A DNA stretch of 64,000 nucleotides from an uncultured bacterium (GCA_902765215.1 CACWZA010000011.1:10897-74896), one strand, 5' to 3'. Positions 29,443 to 37,970 are shown, numbered from the stretch's first letter. The notes: a model not told the origin generated them from the sequence alone. Translations and numbers: made by a program.

Positions 29443-29886
29443 TTATTTATTCTCAATCTCTTCAATTAAATTAAGTCTTTTTATATGTCTTTCACCGTTT
29501 GAGAACGGAGTTTCAAGCCATATTTTAACAATATCTATTGCTAAATCTTGTCCCGTAATCCGTTCACCCAGACACAAAATATTAGAATTATTATGTTCTC
29601 TTGTCATTCTTGCAGAGAAGGTGTCTGTACAGTGTGAAGCTCTGATTCCTTTAAACTTGTTTGCGGCGATAGACATACCGATACCCGTACCGCAAACTAA
29701 AATTCCTCTGCCGTTTGTTTCGAGCACTTTACGGGAAACTGCTTCAGCATAAACGGGATAATCACAGGACTCTACTGAGTTAGTACCCATATCCTCAAAC
29801 TCATAACCCAAAGGCGAAAAAACTTCTTTTATTTTTTCTTTTAAATTAAATCCGCCGTGGTCAGAACCGATAAAAATTTTAGTCAT
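29443..29886 (-). CDS. rpiB: Ribose-5-phosphate isomerase B
   Basis: 147 aa. IGSDHGGF and LVCGTGIGMSIAANKFKGIRA motifs. Confidence 0.92.
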   Translation of the reverse strand: MTKIFIGSDHGGFNLKEKIKEVFSPLGYEFEDMGTNSVESCDYPVYAEAVSRKVLETNGRGILVCGTGIGMSIAANKFKGIRASHCTDTFSARMTREHNNSNILCLGERITGQDLAIDIVKIWLETPFSNGERHIKRLNLIEEIENK

Positions 29887-29971
29887 ATAATTTACCCTCT
29901 ATGCTCCCCTCTATTGTAACAAAAAGTTAAGCTTATAACAAGTTATTTTTTTACAATCATTGAATAATTGT

Positions 29972-31819
29972 ATGCATACAACATTCATCACAAGCGGACA
30001 AGTGGTATACAATCCACAAAAATTCCCTGACAAAAAATCTACAATTACTCAAAATGTCACATACGATAAAATGCCCCGTGTGACATTAAATTACTACCAC
30101 CCTAGTTTTTGCGGAATGAAGAAGAATGCTTTTGAAGGAGTTGATTATTATGTTGTCGACAAATATAAAGCCCCGATTGAAAAATTCAGAACTGTTGATT
30201 ATCTTTATGAATGGGCTGATGAACAATGTGACAAAATTATAGAAAAAGATTATTATGGCAGAACTCCTGAAACAATGGCTCAGCGTGTTGCAATGCTTGA
30301 TGAATGGAAAGATTACTTTGAAAATGAAAATAAAGAATATTCTCCAACGGAAAGACTTATTATATGGAATGGAATAACAAAAAATTTAAAACCAAATGAT
30401 GATACAATCCCGCCTGTTTTAAATAAAGGGGTATTGGCAGATACAATTTACAACTTTAAAAACGATTTAAAAACTAACAAAAACTCTACATTTAATTTCT
30501 CAAAAATTTATGAGAATAATCTGAGAGCATATTATATGACAGATGTATCAACAGGCGAAACAGGTACAAAATGGGTTGTTATAAAATCAAAAGAACATGA
30601 CCCTGATAATTTCAAACAAAATGTGGAAAAACTTCAAATGTTATCTCACAAGTCGTGGTGTACCAAATCTAATGCTGCTGAACCATATTTAGAAAAAGGT
30701 GATTTTCATGTCTATTTAGAAAACGGACAGCCAAAAATCGGGATAAGGTTTGATGAAGATAATATTGCAGAGATACAGGGCGAAAAAAATAATTCACAAA
30801 TCCCGATGAATTATTTTAAAAAAGTAAAAACTTATATATCTGACAATAAATTTGAACTCAGCAAACAAGCAAAATATGAGTTATCAACTGCAGAAACTAA
30901 ATATAAAAAATTAACAAAGATAAAAGAATATTTGAAACCTATTATCGATGAGAACGATAATATAAAATTGTTCAATGAACTTGGATTTAATACAGAATCT
31001 GATGAAAACGGTAATATTATTTTGGATAAATACGGAACTCCTGAAAAATATGACGATTTCACAGTAAGCGAATTAGGAATAGATGAGAAAAAATTATTTG
31101 AAAATGTCGTAAAAATCAAAGGCGATGCTGATTTTTCCAAATCTACAATACACAAGTTTGATAACTTAAAAGAAGTTGAAGGAGATTTAATTTTATTAAT
31201 GAACACCAGTATCGATTCTCTTGGTTCTGTTGAAAAAATAGGCGGAACTCTTTACGCAACCGATACAAAACTTTCAGACTTGGGTGAATTAACTGAAGTG
31301 GGAAATATTACCGCTTTTGATATGAAATTAAAATCACTTGGGAAGTTGAAATATATCAATGGTTCCATGACTACTCACAGTACTACACTTGAAGATTTAG
31401 GCGATTTGGAATTTGTCGGAGATGAATTGAATTTAGGTTTTACAAAAAGTTTAAAGACATTAGGGAAGTTGAAACATGTGGGATGGAATTTGTATTTAAG
31501 AGGTTCTTCTATTGAAGATTTAGGAGAATTAGAAAGTATTGGCGGTGAATTAAATTTGGAAGAAACAAAAAATCTTAAATCACTCGGAAAATTAAAAACA
31601 GTTAGCGGAAACTTGGATTTATATAATTCATCAGTTGAAGATTTAGGAATGTTAGAATCTGCAAAATCAATAGATATAAGAGAAACAAATATTGATAGTT
31701 TGCAAAATATTCGTGAAATAAAATTTATAAAAATGAAAAACAAAAAACAGCTAAAAGACTTGGGCGCACTGAGTGATAAAAGTCTTGTAAAATATACAGA
31801 TACTTTTTTGATTGTCTAA
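29972..31819 (+). CDS. Hypothetical protein with a C-terminal array of about 20-21-aa leucine-rich repeats
   Basis: Start moved to ATG 29972. The C-terminal third repeats LG.L..(V/I)(G/N)G.L.L....(L/I).(D/S), e.g. LGELTEVGNITAFDMKLKS / LGKLKYINGSMTTHSTTLED / LGDLEFVGDELNLGFTKSLKT, about 8 units. The N-terminal two-thirds have no domain I can name. Confidence 0.75.
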   Translation: MHTTFITSGQVVYNPQKFPDKKSTITQNVTYDKMPRVTLNYYHPSFCGMKKNAFEGVDYYVVDKYKAPIEKFRTVDYLYEWADEQCDKIIEKDYYGRTPETMAQRVAMLDEWKDYFENENKEYSPTERLIIWNGITKNLKPNDDTIPPVLNKGVLADTIYNFKNDLKTNKNSTFNFSKIYENNLRAYYMTDVSTGETGTKWVVIKSKEHDPDNFKQNVEKLQMLSHKSWCTKSNAAEPYLEKGDFHVYLENGQPKIGIRFDEDNIAEIQGEKNNSQIPMNYFKKVKTYISDNKFELSKQAKYELSTAETKYKKLTKIKEYLKPIIDENDNIKLFNELGFNTESDENGNIILDKYGTPEKYDDFTVSELGIDEKKLFENVVKIKGDADFSKSTIHKFDNLKEVEGDLILLMNTSIDSLGSVEKIGGTLYATDTKLSDLGELTEVGNITAFDMKLKSLGKLKYINGSMTTHSTTLEDLGDLEFVGDELNLGFTKSLKTLGKLKHVGWNLYLRGSSIEDLGELESIGGELNLEETKNLKSLGKLKTVSGNLDLYNSSVEDLGMLESAKSIDIRETNIDSLQNIREIKFIKMKNKKQLKDLGALSDKSLVKYTDTFLIV

Positions 31820-31953
31820 TTGATTATAAAACTTTTTCATACCCCGATTAGTATGTAACAAATTGTAAAAATTAACCTGAATTATTTAAAGTTTCACATT
31901 ATACGAGCCGTAAAACAATATGTTAGTACAATAGATTGATTAGGGGTATCTGT

Positions 31954-32154
31954 ATGGATAAATATTTTAATTTGAGCGTTGATGTAGATGAGATGATGGT
32001 TGACTTCGCTGAAATGACAGGGTTCAACTTCAATTGCGAATCATTTCAGGAAATTAAAAGAGAAGCAGGGGAGTATGCAAAACAACCTTATACCTTTAAA
32101 TATGGCAACTATGACATGATGGATTACATGCAATCTTTGTATCAGGGAGCTTAA
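31954..32154 (+). CDS. Small acidic hypothetical protein (66 aa)
   Basis: ATG preceded by aggggt. Tightly coupled to the next ORF (TAATAATG). Confidence 0.45.
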   Translation: MDKYFNLSVDVDEMMVDFAEMTGFNFNCESFQEIKREAGEYAKQPYTFKYGNYDMMDYMQSLYQGA

Positions 32155-32156
32155 TA

Positions 32157-32369
32157 ATGAATAAAAAAGATTTTGAACGAGGTTGTTTCAGTCTTGGCTG
32201 GACTGTTGACAACGATTCTGCAATAGAACAGAAGCAGAAAAAAGATTTGGCTACCTTACTCTTGGAACTGGAGGATATAAAAAAAGATTTTGAACGAATA
32301 ATGGCAAACAAAGACAGATTGACAAATCTGCTTAAATTCTACGACGGAAGTTTGCTCACAGAAAATTGA
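32157..32369 (+). CDS. Small hypothetical protein (70 aa)
   Basis: Directly follows the previous ORF. Predicted helical/coiled (LLLELEDIKKDFERIMANKDRL). Confidence 0.5.
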   Translation: MNKKDFERGCFSLGWTVDNDSAIEQKQKKDLATLLLELEDIKKDFERIMANKDRLTNLLKFYDGSLLTEN

Positions 32370-32416
32370 TTTTTCTCAAACACAGAAAACACAGCACACT
32401 GGCAGTGTAAATAGCA

Positions 32417-32445
32417 AAAGGGTTTGGCTAACACCAAACCCTTTT
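32417..32445. terminator. Bidirectional rho-independent terminator
   Basis: aaagggtttgg-ctaaca-ccaaacccttt. Confidence 0.6.
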
Positions 32446-32450
32446 ATTAT

Positions 32451-33083
32451 TTACGGTTTTATAATTTTTGCGATATTTTTAATCTCTTTTTTAACAGAAT
32501 CCGTAAGGATTTTATTTCTTCTGAAGAATTTTTCATAAGCAAGACTGTCTGCTTTAAACTGATGAACCGCAACATTTCTGTCAAGTTCCCTTTCCCATGT
32601 TGAGCCTATACCTGCAGAACGATAGTGACCTATTTTTGAATATTCGTTTGCGTTAGCATCAAAATCTCTTTTGGTTATTCCCATATCTTTGACTTTGTTA
32701 TCAAGTGCATCAATTATTCTGTTATAATCACTTTCACCCGATATAGATCTTATATTCGGTCTTGTTTTTCTTGCTATATCGTTAAACTCTTTCACTCTTG
32801 CAGAATCTTTTGCAAGCGCAGTACCTTCAAACAGGTTTCTGTATGCAACAGAATCAAGTGATGACTGAAGAAAAGATTCTTTAAAATAAATAGTTTTTCC
32901 GTTCAGTCCTTCTATTATTTTGTCATACTCTTTGACAGGTTTTTCGGCTAAGACTTCCGATAAAACTTTTCGTCTTGACTGCTCCGCATCAGACTGATAT
33001 TTGCTCGAATCACACCCTGAAAGTGTCATGGCCGTACCCATAATTACAGGGGCAATTGCCGTTTTAATTATATTCATACACAA
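32451..33083 (-). CDS. Putative lipoprotein, unknown function
   Basis: 210 aa. The signal peptide ends in the lipobox MTLSG|C. Confidence 0.7.
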   Translation of the reverse strand: MCMNIIKTAIAPVIMGTAMTLSGCDSSKYQSDAEQSRRKVLSEVLAEKPVKEYDKIIEGLNGKTIYFKESFLQSSLDSVAYRNLFEGTALAKDSARVKEFNDIARKTRPNIRSISGESDYNRIIDALDNKVKDMGITKRDFDANANEYSKIGHYRSAGIGSTWERELDRNVAVHQFKADSLAYEKFFRRNKILTDSVKKEIKNIAKIIKP

Positions 33084-33243
33084 TACCTCTTAAATCTGTT
33101 CTTTATTACAAACATTATAAGGGAAATTTGTTTTATAAATCACGACTTATTACAAATTGTAAATGGGAAAATATTATTTAGCAAAATATTTTTTGTTGAC
33201 ACGTTATATACATGCTGAGAATACATATTTGAAAGGAATTAGC

Positions 33244-33642
33244 ATGAATTTAATATCAGGTTTTAGATCTAAAGAAGCTTTAGCGAAAAAATTAGCAAAA
33301 AGAAATGCTGAACGAATTTCTGATTACACTCTTGTATCAAGTGCTTTCAAGCCTGAAGATGTAAAAATCATAAACGATAATCTTGATTCAATTGCAAGAT
33401 TTGCAGAACGCAAAAATATCAATTTGAGATTTGAACCAAGCTCTGCAGATATGAGCTCTGCAAAGATGAAAGTTTATAAAAGAGGGGTAACACTAATGAA
33501 TGATGTATTGGGCGATCCTTCATGGGCAGTACCTGTAGAAAACTACAGAGGTTCTGCAAAACTTCCTGCAGGAATTGAATCAAAAGAAGATTTGATGGAA
33601 GCAATCAAAAAGAGTGCAGCAGAAATCTTATACAAGAAATAA
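33244..33642 (+). CDS. Hypothetical protein (132 aa)
   Basis: Start moved to ATG 33244 (SD aaagga). No recognisable domain. Confidence 0.55.
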   Translation: MNLISGFRSKEALAKKLAKRNAERISDYTLVSSAFKPEDVKIINDNLDSIARFAERKNINLRFEPSSADMSSAKMKVYKRGVTLMNDVLGDPSWAVPVENYRGSAKLPAGIESKEDLMEAIKKSAAEILYKK

Positions 33643-33654
33643 AAAGTTTCATTC

Positions 33655-33692
33655 ATAAAAAAAGCAGATTGCATAATTGCAGTCTGCTTTTT
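33655..33692 (+). terminator. Rho-independent terminator
   Basis: aaagcagattgca-taa-ttgcagtctgctttttt. Confidence 0.6.
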
Positions 33693-33770
33693 TGTTGGCA
33701 AAATAAAAAAACCATGCCTGTTAATACTTTCTGATAATAACTTTATGCTACAATAAAACTACAAACACAC

Positions 33771-33857
33771 GGAGAGGTGTCCGAGTGGTTTAAGGTGCAA
33801 ACCTGGAACGTTTGTGTGGGGGAAACTCCACCGCGGGTTCGAATCCCGCCTTCTCCG
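33771..33857 (+). tRNA. tRNA-Ser (anticodon GGA), class II with long variable arm; CCA not encoded
   Basis: GGAGAGG acceptor stem pairs with CTTCTCC. Anticodon stem CAAAC/GTTTG with loop CTGGAAC. Long variable arm TGTGGGGGAAACTCCACC. T arm GCGGG-TTCGAAT-CCCGC. Aligns base-for-base in layout with E. coli tRNA-Ser(GGA). Confidence 0.9.
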
Positions 33858-33865
33858 AATAAAAC
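33843..33865 (+). repeat. att-like direct repeat, copy 1 (3' end of tRNA-Ser plus 8 nt)
   Basis: atcccgccttctccgaataaaac is identical to 40001-40023. A 16-nt core recurs at 34083-34098. Confidence 0.8.
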
Positions 33866-33895
33866 CCGCAACCCTTATGGGTGGCGGGTTTTATT
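33861..33895 (+). terminator. Rho-independent terminator after tRNA-Ser
   Basis: aaaacccgcaaccc-tta-tgggtggcgggtttt. Confidence 0.6.
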
Positions 33896-33989
33896 ATTAG
33901 GGATGAGAACCACAAAACGAAGTTTTGTTTAGGTTCGAACAAGCCCGAGCAGAGGAATGAGCAATGTGGAATGGGTTGTATAGCAACTC

Positions 33990-34082
33990 ATTCCGCGAGC
34001 GAAAGGTGAAGCACGACTCGGCGGAAGTGTTGACTTCCGACGGGAGTGCGAACGGTTCCGTTTAACGCGAGGGCGCAGCTGC
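33990..34082 (-). repeat. Copy of a GC-rich structured intergenic repeat family (inverted relative to 55595-55908)
   Basis: cggttccgtttaacgcgagg (34053-34072) is the exact reverse complement of 55656-55675. The flanking agcacg..gtg..ga block is loosely similar to the reverse complement of 55873-55907. The track's Arg-rich minus ORF 33929-34144 lies inside this element and looks spurious. Confidence 0.5.
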
Positions 34083-34098
34083 CCCGCCTTCTCCGAAT
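34083..34098 (+). repeat. att-like direct repeat, partial middle copy
   Basis: cccgccttctccgaat is a 16/16 match to the tRNA-Ser 3' end. Confidence 0.6.
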
Positions 34099-34269
34099 TT
34101 AAATTAAGACGGCAGCGACGGTTGTCGTCTTTTTTATCATTCAATTTAACTATTTTAATTTTCAGGAAAATATGTTAATATAATTATGTAGGGCAGCTCC
34201 CAGTAAGTCCCTCCTATACGCACAGCAACATCCAACTGGAGTATGGTGTAAGAAAGGAGGGAGCCGCTT

Positions 34270-34353
34270 ATGAAAAACAATTGGCGTGAAATAGCAAAAG
34301 GCGTCCTATTCGTAGTAGGACACCTTTGCATTTACTTTTCACAAAAACTGTAG
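34270..34353 (+). CDS. Candidate type I toxin-like small hydrophobic peptide (27 aa)
   Basis: My translation: MKNNWREIAKGVLFVVGHLCIYFSQKL. A perfect SD AGGAGGGA (34255-34262) lies 7 nt upstream of the ATG. An exact anti-SD TCCCTCCT lies at 34208-34215. A TATAAT lies at 34179-34184. A 3' hairpin GTAGGGA..GAGGTG-loop-CACCTC-TCCCTAC (34350-34392) embeds the stop codon. The region is locally GC-rich in an AT-rich setting. Confidence 0.35.
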   Translation: MKNNWREIAKGVLFVVGHLCIYFSQKL

Positions 34354-34433
34354 GGAACTGGACGAGGTGTCTCGCCGGGCACCTCTCCCTACGCTATTAT
34401 TATAAACTATTTTTTAGAAAATACAAGTATTGT

Positions 34434-34652
34434 TTAAAAATCTATTAATTGGGATAATTTCATCTTGTATGCATCTGCAAGTTTTAACAATGTAAGATAC
34501 TTTGGCTCAACAATACCTTGTTCTATACGGCTCACTGTTGAGGGTTCTAAACCATTTTTGTAGCACAAAGCCTCAAGGGTTAATTTGCGTTGTTTTCTAA
34601 GGGTTTTTATGTGCTGACCTAACTGTAATAATTTCTCATTATCTTCTTGCAT
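34434..34652 (-). CDS. XRE-family HTH transcriptional regulator (72 aa)
   Basis: MQEDNEKLLQLGQHIKTLRKQRKLTLEALCYKNGLEPSTVSRIEQGIVEPKYLTLLKLADAYKMKLSQLIDF is a complete Cro/CI HTH_3 domain. I reject the 64-aa N-terminal extension in the track ORF. Confidence 0.8.
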   Translation of the reverse strand: MQEDNEKLLQLGQHIKTLRKQRKLTLEALCYKNGLEPSTVSRIEQGIVEPKYLTLLKLADAYKMKLSQLIDF

Positions 34653-34703
34653 ACATGCAATTATAATGTTATAATTGTCTAAATTTTTGCACGCATGCAA
34701 AAA
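34647..34703. promoter_or_regulatory. Divergent promoter region with two related palindromic operator candidates
   Basis: TTGCAT-ac-ATGCAA (34647-34660) overlaps the XRE start codon. TTTTTGCA-cgca-TGCAAAAA lies at 34684-34703. Both share TTGCA/TGCAA half-sites and are centred about 40 bp apart. Confidence 0.45.
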
Positions 34704-34716
34704 ATGGAAGGAACGT

Positions 34717-35211
34717 ATGAAAAAGTTATTGATTATTATGATACTTTCTCTTTTAAATATGCAAATAAGCGCATTTGCAAGTGTTAAAATTCCTGAAAAT
34801 ACTGAAATTACACTTATACCTGTTGAAACTATTACAAGCCGCACTGCAGGTAAACAACTAAAATTAAAAATAAAAGAAGATGTTTTAATTGATAATTCAG
34901 TTATTTTTAAAAAAGATAGTAAGGCCTATTTAAAAATCGTAGATACGGAATTGGCATCGCAAATGGGTATGCCAGGTTCAATAGAAATATGTGATGGATA
35001 TGTATTTGATTCAAAAGGTAATAAACATGAAGTTGCTATAGATAAAAAAATTTATGGAAAAGAACAAGTATGGGCACAGATTTTATTTTCACTTGGATTT
35101 ACTATAATACTTTGTCCTTTATTTTTATTTGGTTTTGTAAAAGGCACAAATGCAAAAATAAGTCCTGAAAATGAGTTGGAAGTAATGTTAAAAGAGGAAT
35201 TTATATTTTAA
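34717..35211 (+). CDS. Secreted/membrane-anchored hypothetical protein
   Basis: Start moved to ATG 34717 (SD ggaagga). Signal peptide MKKLLIIMILSLLNMQISAFA and a C-terminal TM span (ILFSLGFTIILCPLFLFGFV). Confidence 0.7.
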   Translation: MKKLLIIMILSLLNMQISAFASVKIPENTEITLIPVETITSRTAGKQLKLKIKEDVLIDNSVIFKKDSKAYLKIVDTELASQMGMPGSIEICDGYVFDSKGNKHEVAIDKKIYGKEQVWAQILFSLGFTIILCPLFLFGFVKGTNAKISPENELEVMLKEEFIF

Positions 35212-35223
35212 GTGAGGTGTATT

Positions 35224-35826
35224 ATGAAAAAAATTTTAGTTAGTATTTTGTTTTTATTTTTATTAAATATTGGTTTGCAGTCTAATGCTGAATTATTGAA
35301 TAAATCAGATTACATTCGTATTCAGGATATTGGTAATAAATTAATACAAGCGAACAATATTAAACACAGATTTACATTCAATTTTACATCAATTGGACAA
35401 CAAGGAGCATATCCGATTTTGCTTGATACATCATTTAGTAATGATATGAATTTGCATAATAACAGATGTATTAGTCTTTATTTTGCAGATTATTTAAGAT
35501 TAAGTTCTGATGACGAGGTTGCTGCGTTAATAGCACACGATTTGGCACAAGGCGAACATAGTTATACAGGGATATTAAATGGGCAATTGATGTTTACTAA
35601 AAACGGTTTCTTTCCATTCAATTATTTTGCAAAAAGAAATGAAATGCAATTTGATAAAACTGCAGTAAATTATCTTGTTAATGCAGGTTATGATCCTAAA
35701 GCATTTGTATCTGCACTGAATAAAACAACTGGAGAATGGAGAGGAACATTCTGGGGCAGACATAATAAAACACAAAAACGAGTAAAATCAATAAATAAGT
35801 ACATTGAAAGTAAATATTCAAAATAA
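35224..35826 (+). CDS. Secreted M48-like pseudo-peptidase (HExxH replaced by HDLAQ)
   Basis: Signal peptide MKKILVSILFLFLLNIGLQSNA. VAALIAHDLAQGEH sits at the HExxH position. The downstream EMQFDKTAVNYLVNAGYDPKAF matches the M48 E..aD.....l..AGYDP segment. Confidence 0.6.
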   Translation: MKKILVSILFLFLLNIGLQSNAELLNKSDYIRIQDIGNKLIQANNIKHRFTFNFTSIGQQGAYPILLDTSFSNDMNLHNNRCISLYFADYLRLSSDDEVAALIAHDLAQGEHSYTGILNGQLMFTKNGFFPFNYFAKRNEMQFDKTAVNYLVNAGYDPKAFVSALNKTTGEWRGTFWGRHNKTQKRVKSINKYIESKYSK

Positions 35827-35868
35827 TTTATGTAATTTTTAAAAATTTATATAAGAAAGGTGTTAAAT

Positions 35869-36558
35869 ATGAACAAGAAAATTTTAGTGTTAGTAATAGT
35901 TAGTGTATTATCGTTATCATTAGTATCTTATGCAAGTGACAATTTAGATAATATAGCAAAGTCAAAGGCTTGCGTTGAACAAGCAAGGGAATTTACTCGC
36001 AAATCAGATTTTGTAAATGCTGAAAAGAAATTAAATGAAGCAATTAAATTAAATAATAAAAATGACGAAGCATATTTTTATTTAGGTCGTTATTGGGGTT
36101 ATTGGGGGGCAAGAAAAGATAGCAAGAGGGCAGTTGAATATTTTTCTAAAGCAATTTCTATAAACCCACAAAAAGATGAATATTATATACAAAGAGCTGC
36201 TGAGGAATCTCTATTGAATGATTTAAAATCTGCTATAAAGGATTTTAATAAAGCCATAGAAATTAATCCTAGAAATCAGTTTGCGTATATAGCATTGGGA
36301 ACATTGCATGGCAAATATGGATATTTTAAAGAAGCACTTGATTATTTTAACAAAGCAATAGAATATTCAGACGGTGCAATTGAAGATTTATATGTTTTTC
36401 GCTCAGAGGTAAAAGTATATTTAAAAGATTACGCAGGTGCGATTGAGGATTTGAAAAAGGCAATGAATATTGCAAAAAAGAAAAATGTTAAAGAATTGGT
36501 TATAAAACTTAATGACCAAATCAAAGATATCCAAGCCGGCATGGAAGTGTTTAAGTAG
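35869..36558 (+). CDS. Secreted TPR-repeat protein
   Basis: Signal peptide MNKKILVLVIVSVLSLSLVSYA, then TPR units (A...F.KAI.(I/L)NP). Confidence 0.75.
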   Translation: MNKKILVLVIVSVLSLSLVSYASDNLDNIAKSKACVEQAREFTRKSDFVNAEKKLNEAIKLNNKNDEAYFYLGRYWGYWGARKDSKRAVEYFSKAISINPQKDEYYIQRAAEESLLNDLKSAIKDFNKAIEINPRNQFAYIALGTLHGKYGYFKEALDYFNKAIEYSDGAIEDLYVFRSEVKVYLKDYAGAIEDLKKAMNIAKKKNVKELVIKLNDQIKDIQAGMEVFK

Positions 36559-36572
36559 GAAAGGAGAATATT

Positions 36573-37154
36573 ATGTTTTGTAAGAATTGCGGAAGTGAAA
36601 TAGGAAAAGATGACAAATTTTGTGCAAATTGCGGATATGATTCGGTAGAATCATCGAATGATTTAGATGGTGTAACTAAAATATCTACACCATTGTTTAT
36701 ATTGTTCAGTATTTTGACATTAGGAATTTATCCTATTATAAAATGGTATAGAATAACAGGTGATATAAGAAAAATTGTTCCAAAAAATGAAACAGTTTCT
36801 CCGTTAATTATTACTTCGTGGCTCATTATATCGTTTCTTTTTAGATTAGTAAAACCTGATTTTGATGCAGCTTATCAAATAGTTAATTCTGTATCACAAA
36901 ATACTAAGATAGTAGAATTTATAAATGAGTGTGTTGTTGTAAATACAATTGCGGGTATATTGTTATCTGTTGTTGGGATAATATTATATTGCCATATATT
37001 ATATCGTATATTAAACAATATTCAAAAAATTGCTCGTATAAAACAGAATAAAGATTTAAAATATAATAAATTTTGGGCATTTATTTTTAATATTATTTAT
37101 ATAAATTTTGTTATAAATACTTACGACCAGAGATTAGTAGAGAATAAGAAATAA
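36573..37154 (+). CDS. Zinc-ribbon plus DUF4234-like membrane protein
   Basis: N-terminal CKNCGSEIGKDDKFCANCG zinc ribbon, then FSILTLGIYPIIKWYRITGDI, which resembles the DUF4234 signature. Confidence 0.65.
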   Translation: MFCKNCGSEIGKDDKFCANCGYDSVESSNDLDGVTKISTPLFILFSILTLGIYPIIKWYRITGDIRKIVPKNETVSPLIITSWLIISFLFRLVKPDFDAAYQIVNSVSQNTKIVEFINECVVVNTIAGILLSVVGIILYCHILYRILNNIQKIARIKQNKDLKYNKFWAFIFNIIYINFVINTYDQRLVENKK

Positions 37155-37197
37155 TGTAAATACAAGCAGGCATGGATGTGTTTAAATAGGTAGTTTT

Positions 37198-37326
37198 ATG
37201 AGTAACGATAGCAAAAACTTAATAATAGGGCTTTTAGTATTTACCATTTTATTTATGGTAAATCCTGCATTAGCATTAATTCCAATTGGGATTTTTCTTT
37301 TGATTGATATGATAGGCACATGGTAA
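37198..37326 (+). CDS. Possible 42-aa membrane peptide
   Basis: My translation: MSNDSKNLIIGLLVFTILFMVNPALALIPIGIFLLIDMIGTW. It is co-oriented with the operon. I prefer it over the antisense track ORF 37182-37376. The RBS is weak. Confidence 0.3.
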   Translation: MSNDSKNLIIGLLVFTILFMVNPALALIPIGIFLLIDMIGTW

Positions 37327-37348
37327 GTTTCAAGTAAGTGAGAAATCA

Positions 37349-37651
37349 ATGAAAAAACAAAAACAAATGAATACAATTATTGCAATAGTAGTAGCTTGGT
37401 TGATATCAACAGTAATCTGCTATGTTGTTGGGTGTTATTGGGTTCCTGCATTTTTAGAATACCCTTTAAACCATTCGATTCCACTTACTTATTTAATCTA
37501 TCCGCTATGCAAAAACAATTTTAATTATGAAATTGCATATCCAAGTATATTTTCATTAATTGGAAGAATTATTACGGCTTTTACAATACTAATAATTTTA
37601 AATAGTCTCCACCCGTTGGCTGAGCAAATTCGAATGAATCAAATTTCTTAA
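37349..37651 (+). CDS. Small membrane protein (100 aa)
   Basis: Hydrophobic spans; co-oriented with the operon. Confidence 0.6.
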   Translation: MKKQKQMNTIIAIVVAWLISTVICYVVGCYWVPAFLEYPLNHSIPLTYLIYPLCKNNFNYEIAYPSIFSLIGRIITAFTILIILNSLHPLAEQIRMNQIS

Positions 37652-37679
37652 AAAGATATAACAAATATAGGAGTTATAT

Positions 37680-37970
37680 ATGGATGAAAGGAAAAAAGAA
37701 TTTATAAAAATATATTGTGGTATTGCCGGATGGTTAGTATTTTTTATACCTATTTGCAAAATAACACCAAACGGTGCTGTAATAAGGGCAGCATTTCCAG
37801 ATAAGTATATGCCTCTTGTGGAATTTATAAAATATAAATCTAATAATATTTATATAGATTGGTCATTACTTGCTATCGAGATTATATTACTTACTTTTAT
37901 TTTTATATGCACCTATTTGTCAAATGAAAATGAAGTTAAAAATAATGCAAAGGATAAAAAGAAAGAATGA
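37680..37970 (+). CDS. Small membrane protein (96 aa)
   Basis: SD aggag upstream, two TM spans. The stop overlaps the next start (ATGA). Confidence 0.65.
   Translation: MDERKKEFIKIYCGIAGWLVFFIPICKITPNGAVIRAAFPDKYMPLVEFIKYKSNNIYIDWSLLAIEIILLTFIFICTYLSNENEVKNNAKDKKKE

Noticed and set aside
12493-31743. Many nested or antisense ORFs inside well-supported genes (e.g. 12493-12762, 14354-14599, 19208-19456, 19595-19867, 20927-21124, 23870-24206, 25147-25338, 28014-28247, 29351-29752, 30832-31206, 31375-31743).
   Set aside because: Each lies wholly inside, or heavily overlaps, a longer ORF with clear family motifs on the other strand or frame. None has independent support.
33929-34144. 71-aa Arg-rich minus ORF next to tRNA-Ser.
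   Set aside because: It lies entirely within the GC-rich repeat element and the partial att copy. Its composition is typical of a spurious frame through structured RNA/DNA.
34653-34844. The long N-terminal extension of the XRE ORF (136-aa version), and the plus ORF start at 34675.
   Set aside because: The extension is hydrophobic low-complexity sequence overlapping the divergent promoter. The internal ATGs at 34652 (minus) and 34717 (plus, with an SD) give a complete HTH domain and a canonical signal peptide respectively.
37182-37376. 64-aa minus-strand ORF inside the island operon.
   Set aside because: It is antisense to an otherwise uniformly plus-strand, translationally coupled gene string. 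A plus-strand 42-aa membrane peptide (37198-37326) fits better, although that one is also uncertain.
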